Origin: Ferroglobus placidus DSM 10642
GTDB lineage: Archaea; Halobacteriota; Archaeoglobi; Archaeoglobales; Archaeoglobaceae
Assembly (NCBI RefSeq): GCF_000025505.1
Contig: NC_013849.1
Coordinates: 30,001 to 62,000 of the forward strand
Direction: 5' to 3'
DNA length: 32,000 nt
Within the stretch, counting starts at the first letter, position 1. Each line of letters starts with the position of its first letter. Position numbers and translations under genes: made by a program. Positions 25,747 through 32,000 of this stretch are shown piece after piece. The notes under the pieces were generated by a model. It was not told where the DNA came from and did no database searches. It saw only the letters and a program-made list of their open reading frames with translations.

Positions 25747-25761
25747 TTTTGTCCCAAAGTC

Positions 25762-25770
25762 GACGGCGAA
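25762..25770. repeat. Right copy of the 9-bp target-site duplication GACGGCGAA of ISA1214
   Basis: See the left copy. The inferred empty site is TTGCTTTTT-GACGGCGAA-AATTAACTT. Confidence 0.85.
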
Positions 25771-25822
25771 AATTAACTTAAAAATCGAAACGTTAATAGT
25801 CGTATCAGCGGGGTTGAAAGTG

Positions 25823-25963
25823 ATGATTAGCAGAGCTGAGAAAATCCTTACCCCGCTTATGATTGGAGTTCTGATCTTTCTTGTGAACTTCTCTATTCTG
25901 ACCTACGTCTTTTCAGCGTTTCCTTGGATCGTAAGCTTGTTTTTTGGGGTTCAGCAGACTTAG
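25823..25963 (+). pseudogene. Possible 5' fragment of a membrane-protein (CPBP protease?) gene cut off by the IS607-type element
   Basis: Unlisted 46-codon ORF: [46 protein letters not shown]. It encodes two hydrophobic helices and runs antisense into the 3' tail of tnpB. Assignment is inferential. Confidence 0.3.
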
Positions 25964-27197
25964 TGACAGACGTACGTCCGCCTTGGGACACATCAACCTC
26001 AGCCCCCTCAGGGTTCATCGGGAGCATATCATCGGTCTCGTCCCCTTTCAGGGTAACCCCACTCCTTCTCAGGATCGGGAGGATTACTTCCTCCCAAACC
26101 TTCATAGAAGGAGGGAAACCCCACATCTTTAGGTAGAGATTTATCGAAGCATTCAATTGTCTGTTAATCTTTAGTCCGCATTTACATTCCAAAACCTGTC
26201 CCTTTCGGTGCTTCATTTTTCCACCACATCTGGGACAGGTTTTGGTAGAGTTTTTAGGGTTGAGCAATTTGATTCGGGATTTGTAGCTCATTAAAAACAC
26301 TATTTGCTTCCAATTTTGCTTAGAAATAACCCTATTATGAGTTCTCCTATCGTTGTACATTCCTTGCTTATCTAAATTCTCGAAGCCGAGCTCGTAATCC
26401 TTAAACTCTTCAGCAAGCTTCGTGGTAAGCTTGTGCAGAAAGTCCTTAACCTTGTTCCTATATCTCTTGGAATACTTCTCCATTAATCTTTTGGCGGTCT
26501 TCGGCTTAGTTTTACTTAAACTCTGGATTTTCCGCCTCTTGTTCTCGTAAGTTATGTGTAAAGTGTATAGAAGCTTCAAATCGACTTTGATCCATCCTCT
26601 ATCGCAGAATCCGTCCATACTAAGTAGATTTAAATCCCACGCAATTTTCTTCTTAGGATTTCTTTCAACGGGTTTTCTGAACGTGATAATTAGCTCGTTC
26701 TCTTTCAGAATCAGCTCACCGAGATTGCAACCCTCCACCTTCTTCTTAAACCAAATCCTCGATAGATCGAATTCGAGATAAGTCTTTCTCGGTTCTACTG
26801 TAACCTTAATTTTGTCATCTCTGAAAGTGTAAAGAGTCTCCTTAACCCTAACAAACTTCCTTTTGACGGTGGGTTTGTTCCTACCCCTTTTACCCCTTAG
26901 GTAGTTTTTCCTCCAAGAGTTCAGAATCGAGTAAGCTGTTTTTATTGCCGAATCGACATAATGAGATGCATAGCTCCAATCTTTCAGCAACTTGTTTCTC
27001 AGATTTCTCTTAAAATCTCTCGATTTTGGAATTGTCGGAATGAGTCTTTTACCTTTTCTCTTCCACTCAATTTTATCCCAGATCTCATCTATCGCTCTCT
27101 GCAAAAGACACCTGTAGCTACTTAGAAATTCCTTCACATCGTAGTCGTGCTTGATCTTGTAGCTAAGGATCACTAATGAGCTGTTTTGCACCTTCAA
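25893..27197 (-). CDS. tnpB: TnpB (IS605/IS607 OrfB, RuvC + zinc-ribbon) with a non-canonical RuvC-III motif
   Basis: RuvC-I IAWDLN, RuvC-II LGFENL, zinc ribbon CPRCGG...CKCG, and C-terminal [10 protein letters not shown] where DRDxNAAxNI is expected. Confidence 0.85.
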   Translation of the reverse strand: MKVQNSSLVILSYKIKHDYDVKEFLSSYRCLLQRAIDEIWDKIEWKRKGKRLIPTIPKSRDFKRNLRNKLLKDWSYASHYVDSAIKTAYSILNSWRKNYLRGKRGRNKPTVKRKFVRVKETLYTFRDDKIKVTVEPRKTYLEFDLSRIWFKKKVEGCNLGELILKENELIITFRKPVERNPKKKIAWDLNLLSMDGFCDRGWIKVDLKLLYTLHITYENKRRKIQSLSKTKPKTAKRLMEKYSKRYRNKVKDFLHKLTTKLAEEFKDYELGFENLDKQGMYNDRRTHNRVISKQNWKQIVFLMSYKSRIKLLNPKNSTKTCPRCGGKMKHRKGQVLECKCGLKINRQLNASINLYLKMWGFPPSMKVWEEVILPILRRSGVTLKGDETDDMLPMNPEGAEVDVSQGGRTSVTKSAEPQKTSLRSKETLKRRRSE

Positions 27198-27774
27198 CCA
27201 CCTTCTTATACTTATGACTCCTCATCCCGTAAAGCTTACCGGCGAAATGGGAAATTATAGTGATCAGATCTTCGATCAGCTCTTCTTGAGGTGTTTTAGC
27301 TCTCTTGTTTATCACTACGATCTCAGTCCCGTAACTTTTGAAAAATTCTTCCAGAATCTTGAATCCAAACCTCGTTAGTCTGTCTGGGTAAGCTACGATA
27401 ACTTTGGAAACTTCTTTGTTCATTACCATCTTCAATAACTTTTGGAAATTTTTCCTATCCTCTTTTAACCCAGATCCAACATCTTTAAGAATTTCTATAT
27501 CATCCCATCCCTTCTCCTTAGCGTAAGCTTTGATCAGCTCAATCTGTCTCTCCAAATCGTCTTTCTGAGTATGTGACGAAACTCTCGCATATCCTACTAC
27601 TTTCCTCTCCTCGTAGATCCCTAAAATCCTCTTTATCTCAGATTCTGGAACTCTCCTCTTCCCTCCTATAGTTCTAATACATCTTATCTTCCCTGCTTTG
27701 TCCCATCTTTGAAGAGTTCTTACACTTACTCCAAGTATTCTCGATGCTTCTTTCATCGTGTAATGTTTTTCCAT
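27163..27774 (-). CDS. tnpA: IS607-type TnpA: MerR-like HTH fused to a serine recombinase (resolvase) catalytic domain
   Basis: [26 protein letters not shown] (MerR-type HTH). [18 protein letters not shown] (catalytic Ser motif YARVSS). [13 protein letters not shown]. Confidence 0.85.
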   Translation of the reverse strand: MEKHYTMKEASRILGVSVRTLQRWDKAGKIRCIRTIGGKRRVPESEIKRILGIYEERKVVGYARVSSHTQKDDLERQIELIKAYAKEKGWDDIEILKDVGSGLKEDRKNFQKLLKMVMNKEVSKVIVAYPDRLTRFGFKILEEFFKSYGTEIVVINKRAKTPQEELIEDLITIISHFAGKLYGMRSHKYKKVVEGAKQLISDP

Positions 27775-27786
27775 TAATGTGCATAT

Positions 27787-28149
27787 TTGTCTATCAAATA
27801 TTTAATAGTTCCGCAAAGCAAAGGCAGCTGGTGGATTCACCAGCCTTTTAACGTGAAAGTTCTTTACGTCGTTGGAGTCGCTCCTCTCTTGGAGGAGATT
27901 ATTCACAGAAGAATCGTTCTTCAGTTCTTTCTCAGCAAAAATCTGATGTTTGCCGGACTTGTCGTTTCGAGTTTAACCTTCGGCTTCCATCACGTAATTT
28001 TCGGCTGGGGATGGCTCAAGGCTGTGGACATGTTCTTTGTAGGCTTGGTGTTCGGAGTTGTCTATATCAAATACAAACTCTTCGGTAGCTGGTTAAGTCA
28101 CTTTTCGAATAACCTGATGTCGATACTATTTACGATCTTAATGAGCTAA
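27787..28149 (+). CDS. CPBP-family (CAAX/Abi) intramembrane metalloprotease core, apparently 5'-truncated
   Basis: All three CPBP motifs are present: [11 protein letters not shown] (EExxxR), FGFHH (FxxxH) and HFSNN (HxxxN). Only 98-120 aa remain, with a TTG (27787) or GTG (27853) start directly abutting the tnpA side of the IS607-type element. Confidence 0.55.
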   Translation: MSIKYLIVPQSKGSWWIHQPFNVKVLYVVGVAPLLEEIIHRRIVLQFFLSKNLMFAGLVVSSLTFGFHHVIFGWGWLKAVDMFFVGLVFGVVYIKYKLFGSWLSHFSNNLMSILFTILMS

Positions 28150-28329
28150 TCTTTATTTTAATCTCCCCGAAATTTGAAACTTTCACATCTGAAATTTTAA
28201 AAATGAAAAAGGAGTGTAGAACTGGGAATAAAAGTTCCTTGTAAATCTCAGATGACTGAGCATTTTGCTTAGAACTTTGGCTGTTTTCTAAGTCTGTAAT
28301 GCTTTTTAAAATTACGAGTTTGACGAAGG

Positions 28330-28337
28330 TTTATATA
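28330..28337 (+). promoter_or_regulatory. Candidate TATA box for the second liv operon
   Basis: TTTATATA lies about 36-43 nt upstream of the ATG at 28373, and GGTGGT is 3 nt upstream of that ATG. Confidence 0.35.
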
Positions 28338-28372
28338 CGACTATTAATCGTTTTAAATTTAGCGGTGGTACT

Positions 28373-29674
28373 ATGGGAAAGTTGAAAGTGTTGGTGGCTT
28401 TAGCTCTTGCAGTACTTATAATCGGATGCGCTCAGCAAGCGACGAAGCCGAAGGAAGAAGAGAAAGCTGAAGTTGAACCTATCGTCATCGGCTTACCACT
28501 GCCAATAAACTTCCCCGACGGCTACGCTCCCTATCGAGGGGCAGTTTTAGCTGCTGAAGAGATTAACGCTAAAGGAGGAGTCAACGTTGGCGGAGTGAAA
28601 AGACCGATTAAGCTTGAGCTGGTGGATACGAGAGACCTCGAGCCGGGAGTTCCGATTTCGGAAGCTTTAGCAGCGGTGGAGAAGTTAATTCTCGAAAAGA
28701 AAGTTCACGTTCTCGTTGGAGGACCCGCGAGAAGTGAAGCTGCTTTGGCAACTCTTGACATTGTTGCGAAGTATAAAGTTCCTTGGATCGTCAGCTGCGG
28801 AGTTTTGACGCCAGCTTTCCACAAGAGAATAGAGGAGAACTACGATAAATACAAGTACGCTTTCAGGCTTAACGCTCACGCTGTATGGCTGGCTAAAGAA
28901 AACGTTGACATCTTGGAGAAGCTCAGGGAAAAGTACGGATTTGACAAAGTTTACGTGATGGTTCAGGATGTCGAGCATGCGAGAAAGTTCGGAGAAGTTA
29001 TAGCGAAGATGCTTGAAGAGAAGGGATGGAAGGTAGTTGGTTTCGACAGGTATCCCACCGGAACGACGGACTTCTCTTCCGGATTGCTGAAGGCGAAAAG
29101 CGAAGATGCTGACATCCTTCTCATTCAGATGGATATGCCCGAAACAATGACGTTGATAAAGCAGTGGGCTGATTTGAAGGTTCCGGCTTTGCCAATCGGA
29201 TTCATAAGGGCTGCTCAGGAACAAAAAGCTTGGGAAGCTACTGAAGGAAAAGTGAACTACTTCGTAGTCTCAGCCGGAGCCTTCACCGGAAACGCTCCGT
29301 CAAATGCTACGGAGTGGACGATGAAGTTCTACAACGCTTACACCAAGAGATGGGGAACTCCTCCACAAGGACACGGAACTTCAGCAAGCTATATGGCGAT
29401 ATACGTCGTTGCCGACGCGATTGAAAGAGCCGGTAGCTTGGATCCGGACAAAATCGTCAAAGCTTTGGAAGAGACGGACATGATGGGAGTTTTCGGAAGA
29501 ATCAGATTCGATCCGAAGAGCCATCAGGTGATTTTAGCAGAGGATCCGAAGGAAGGTGCGGTAACATGCTGGTTCCAGTGGCAGGACGGAAAGAGAGTGA
29601 CGATATATCCTCCTTCGATTGCTGAGGGAGAGATAAAGCTCCCACCGTGGATGCTTGAAAAGGCGAAGAGGTGA
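28373..29674 (+). CDS. livK: ABC transporter substrate-binding lipoprotein (LivJ/LivK family)
   Basis: Signal peptide plus lipobox (LIIGCAQQ), IVIGLPLP, VHVLVGGPARSEAA. Type I periplasmic binding protein pattern. First gene of the operon. Confidence 0.8.
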   Translation: MGKLKVLVALALAVLIIGCAQQATKPKEEEKAEVEPIVIGLPLPINFPDGYAPYRGAVLAAEEINAKGGVNVGGVKRPIKLELVDTRDLEPGVPISEALAAVEKLILEKKVHVLVGGPARSEAALATLDIVAKYKVPWIVSCGVLTPAFHKRIEENYDKYKYAFRLNAHAVWLAKENVDILEKLREKYGFDKVYVMVQDVEHARKFGEVIAKMLEEKGWKVVGFDRYPTGTTDFSSGLLKAKSEDADILLIQMDMPETMTLIKQWADLKVPALPIGFIRAAQEQKAWEATEGKVNYFVVSAGAFTGNAPSNATEWTMKFYNAYTKRWGTPPQGHGTSASYMAIYVVADAIERAGSLDPDKIVKALEETDMMGVFGRIRFDPKSHQVILAEDPKEGAVTCWFQWQDGKRVTIYPPSIAEGEIKLPPWMLEKAKR

Positions 29675-29677
29675 AGT

Positions 29678-30556
29678 ATGGAAGCTCTTTTAAATTTTTT
29701 AATTTACGGTTTAGTGCAGAGCGCGTTTCTATCTCTTGTCGCTATAGGGTTTTCGTTAACCTACGGCATAAGCAGGCTGCCGAACTTCGCCCACGGAGCT
29801 TTGTACATTCTTGCAGGCTTTTTAATCTGGAACGGGCTTAACGTCTGGAAGATAGGCTATCTACCTTCGGTAGTTTTGGCAATAATTTTCACGGCTTTGA
29901 TAGGCTATACTCTCTACTACGGAATAATCATAAGAGTTAGAGGAATGGAGGTTTCGGAGGTAATAGCAACCTTTGCTTTCAGCTTCGTAGTCGTTGAACT
30001 TCTCAGATACTTCGGCTTGTTCGGACTTTCCTACACTCTGCCACCATTTTTGAGGGGAAGCTTGGAATTTGCTGGAATTGTGTTGGATTACCAGAGACTG
30101 ATAGTTATCGTATCTACTCTTGCCCTCGTCGCCTTCCTCTACCTCTTCACCCACTACACGAAGACCGGTTTGGCTTTTAGGGCTATAGCTCAGGATGAGC
30201 AAGTGGCTATGATGCTGGGAATAGACTCGGACAGAGTTGCAGCTTTAAGCTTAGCTTTCGGTTCGGCTTTAGCAGCTTTAGCAGCAGCAATCTGGATTCC
30301 CGTAAGCCAGCTGGCATCTGAATCAGCGTTGGAAATACTCCTTTACGCTTTAGTTGTCAGCATTCTCGGCGGACTTGGAAGCGTGGCTGGAGTGATAGTA
30401 GCCAGTTTGATCATAGGCTACGCTCAAGTCTTTACGGCTTCGTTTATAGCTCCCCATTACCAGATGATAGTTGCTCTTGTTGCAATAATAATCCTGCTTC
30501 TTACCAAGCCTTCTGGCATATTCGGAAAGCAGAAAGAGCTGGAGGAGAGAGTATGA
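29678..30556 (+). CDS. livH: Branched-chain amino acid-type ABC permease (LivH)
   Basis: LIYGLVQSAFLSLVAIGFSLTYGISRLPNFAHGALYILAGF is the canonical LivH N-terminus. RAIAQDEQVAMMLGID loop. Confidence 0.85.
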   Translation: MEALLNFLIYGLVQSAFLSLVAIGFSLTYGISRLPNFAHGALYILAGFLIWNGLNVWKIGYLPSVVLAIIFTALIGYTLYYGIIIRVRGMEVSEVIATFAFSFVVVELLRYFGLFGLSYTLPPFLRGSLEFAGIVLDYQRLIVIVSTLALVAFLYLFTHYTKTGLAFRAIAQDEQVAMMLGIDSDRVAALSLAFGSALAALAAAIWIPVSQLASESALEILLYALVVSILGGLGSVAGVIVASLIIGYAQVFTASFIAPHYQMIVALVAIIILLLTKPSGIFGKQKELEERV

Positions 30557-31560
30557 ACGAGCTGAGAAGGGAAAGAATAGATCGACCTATTAAAGCAAGG
30601 ACAGATGACATATACGCTTTGATGAGCTATAGGGAGTTGAGCTACCTTTTACTTCCGAGAATTTTACCAGTAGCGATTCTTCTCCTACTCCCGCTGATAG
30701 TTCCCAACCTATACTACCTGAGAGTTCTCAACATAGCTTTATCTTTCGCGATCCTCGCGGCAAGCTGGGATTTCTTGGCAAATTACGTCGGATTGGTCTC
30801 TCTTGGTCACGCTCTCTTTTTCGGAATAGGCGCTTATACAGCCGGAGCTCTCTCAGCCTACTTCGACTTGCCTATCTTTGTCACGATACCCTTAGCAACT
30901 TTGGCTGGAGGTGCGATTTCAACAGCGCTAATCTACCCAACTTTGAAGGTTCGAGGAATATACTTCTCCCTTATAACCCTCGCGTTCCCCTTGCTTTTAG
31001 CCAGGTTAATAGAAGCTACGGACATCCTCGGCGGGACTCTCGGAATAACCGACGTTGAAGGCTTTCCAAATCCGTGGATAGAAAGTTACCTACTAATCTT
31101 CTCGCTAATCGTCGTAGTTTTCGGATTGAGAAGGTTGCTTGGAGAAGACCTCGGAATAGTCCTGAGGGCTATAAAGGACAACGACTTAACTGTGGAAGCT
31201 TCCGGAATCAACGTGAATAAGTACAGAGCTGTTGCGGTTTTCATCTCCTCAGCCATAGCATCTTTCGTTGGCGCTTACACAGCCCACTCCTACATGTTCG
31301 TCGGTTTGCCCTACCTCAATCTTGAGTACTCGATTTTCCCTATAGCAGCTACAGTCGTCGGAGGAATGAGCTCCATAGCCGGAGCTGCTATAGGAGCTTT
31401 CGTTCTCGTTCCGCTGAGCGAAATGCTGAGAGAATTCGGAACGTTGAGAATAGCGATATACTCCCTTCTGCTAATGCTCTTCATAGCTCTTCGTCCCGAG
31501 GGAATCTACATGTTCCTCTGGAGGAAATATCACCAGATCGAGAGGTGGGTGAAAGCTTGA
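30553..31560 (+). CDS. livM: Branched-chain amino acid-type ABC permease (LivM)
   Basis: 4-nt overlap with livH. NYVGLVSLGHALFFGIGAYTA and LRAIKDNDLTVEASGIN are canonical LivM motifs. Confidence 0.85.
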   Translation: MNELRRERIDRPIKARTDDIYALMSYRELSYLLLPRILPVAILLLLPLIVPNLYYLRVLNIALSFAILAASWDFLANYVGLVSLGHALFFGIGAYTAGALSAYFDLPIFVTIPLATLAGGAISTALIYPTLKVRGIYFSLITLAFPLLLARLIEATDILGGTLGITDVEGFPNPWIESYLLIFSLIVVVFGLRRLLGEDLGIVLRAIKDNDLTVEASGINVNKYRAVAVFISSAIASFVGAYTAHSYMFVGLPYLNLEYSIFPIAATVVGGMSSIAGAAIGAFVLVPLSEMLREFGTLRIAIYSLLLMLFIALRPEGIYMFLWRKYHQIERWVKA

Positions 31561-32000
31561 TAAGAGTTGAAAATCTGACGAAGAGGTTCGGAGGAGTCGT
31601 TGCGGCAAACAACATAAGCTTTGAGGTGAAAAAGGGAGAGGTTCTCGGAATTATAGGACCTAACGGGAGCGGAAAAACTACTGTGGTGAATCTCATAACC
31701 GGATTCATAAAGCCAGACTCTGGGAAAGTGTTTTTTGCCGGAAAAGATATAACTTCAAAACCTCCCCACGAAATAGCTAACCTCGGCGTTGTTAGGACTT
31801 TTCAAAACGTCAGACCTTTCTACAACTTGCCAGCTTACAAGAATCTCATAATTCCTCTTTACTCCCCAAGGGCTAAAAGCTTCGAAGAGTTCAAACATGG
31901 GGATAGAGACCACATAGCTTTGGATCTTCTTGAAGAGGTCGGATTCGAAAGAGATTCTCCGATTCCGTACAAACCAGCCTCAGCTCTACCTCACGGATAC
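31557..32000 (+). CDS. livG: Branched-chain amino acid-type ABC ATP-binding protein (LivG), 3' end outside window
   Basis: Not in the ORF track because there is no stop in the window. TTG at 31557 overlaps the livM stop. Translation: IRVENLTKRFGGVVAANNISFEVKKGEVLGIIGPNGSGKTT (Walker A)...GVVRTFQN. Confidence 0.8.
   Translation, partial: MIRVENLTKRFGGVVAANNISFEVKKGEVLGIIGPNGSGKTTVVNLITGFIKPDSGKVFFAGKDITSKPPHEIANLGVVRTFQNVRPFYNLPAYKNLIIPLYSPRAKSFEEFKHGDRDHIALDLLEEVGFERDSPIPYKPASALPHGY

Larger units (their letters stand above)
24548..25761 (+). mobile_element. ISA1214-type insertion sequence, complete (1214 bp)
   Basis: Terminal inverted repeats GGTTTTGGGACAAAATT (24548-24564) and, reverse-complemented, GACTTTGGGACAAAATT (25745-25761) match at 15 of 17 positions. 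Flanked by a perfect 9-bp direct repeat. The length 25761-24548+1 = 1214 equals the named length of the A. fulgidus element. Carries a DDE transposase and a DUF2080 gene. Confidence 0.85.
25893..27774 (-). mobile_element. IS607-family element core (tnpA serine recombinase + tnpB); true ends lie somewhat outside this span and are unresolved
   Basis: A MerR-HTH/serine-recombinase TnpA is followed by an overlapping TnpB (35-nt overlap), the defining IS607 organisation. This family lacks terminal inverted repeats, so boundaries cannot be read directly. Confidence 0.75.

Noticed and set aside
28250-28259. AGATGACTGA in the 28150-28372 intergenic gap, considered as C box plus D' box of a C/D sRNA
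   Set aside because: It does not match RUGAUGA. The CUGA follows immediately rather than after a roughly 12-nt guide, and no C'/D pair or terminal stem was found on either strand.
28685-29224. 179-aa minus-strand ORF
   Set aside because: It lies entirely inside, and antisense to, the well-supported substrate-binding protein gene at 28373-29674.
31481-31708. 75-aa minus-strand ORF
   Set aside because: It is antisense to the livM end and the livG start. The + strand frame encodes a canonical Walker A ATPase.
1-32000. Searched by eye for CRISPR arrays, tRNA/rRNA genes and longer dispersed repeats in the intergenic gaps (2883-3056, 13355-13526, 14057-14406, 19177-19240, 28150-28372)
   Set aside because: I saw no regularly spaced direct repeats, no cloverleaf-compatible GC-rich segments and no rRNA-like sequence. 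The only repeats found are the IS-associated ones reported above. A computational scan could still find small RNAs I missed.

Overview
The window reads as a compact archaeal chromosome segment with tightly packed, often overlapping genes and GGTGAT/GGAGG-type ribosome-binding sites. It is most consistent with Archaeoglobus fulgidus or a close relative. The main support is an insertion sequence at 24548..25761 that is exactly 1214 bp long, with 17-bp terminal inverted repeats and a perfect 9-bp target duplication, matching the A. fulgidus element ISA1214. All family assignments come from motif recognition in the supplied translations; no searches were run.

Contents, left to right:
- A co-directional cluster of predicted secreted or membrane proteins, including a beta-propeller protein, a sequon-rich membrane protein and a lipoprotein (213-2882).
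- An orphan B12-binding radical SAM enzyme (3057-4454).
- A translationally coupled five-gene operon on the minus strand (4455-6755): DUF59, DUF2249, a DUF2249/Cys-rich fusion, DUF1858, and a 12-TM protein built from three recognisable repeats, each carrying an HxH motif.
- A compact livKHMGF-type ABC transporter operon (6817-10776).
- A luciferase-like oxidoreductase, pyrD and a Bat-type HTH regulator.
- A small decay zone holding a frameshifted SpoIIM-like gene and a degraded hicBA pair (13527-14355).
- A split Fe-S protein pair and an AIR-synthase-like protein.
- An ilvE / ACT-protein / hom / A24-peptidase operon.
- Tandem tatA genes, trm5, and a DUF112 membrane protein coupled to an unknown protein.
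- A small NMD3-like ORF overlapping a TPD-motif PD-(D/E)XK nuclease-like gene (related to CDIN1/C15orf41).
- An SDH-type serine protease.
- An IS cluster: ISA1214, plus an IS607-type tnpA-tnpB element that probably disrupts a CPBP protease gene.
- A second, full-size liv operon running off the right edge.

Best candidate for something undescribed: the 4455-6755 operon and its triplicated HxH membrane protein.

Secondary candidates:
- The tnpB copy, whose RuvC-III aspartate position is glutamine.
- Its unannotated guide-RNA region.
- The NMD3-like/TPD gene pair.

I recognised no rRNA, tRNA or CRISPR array.
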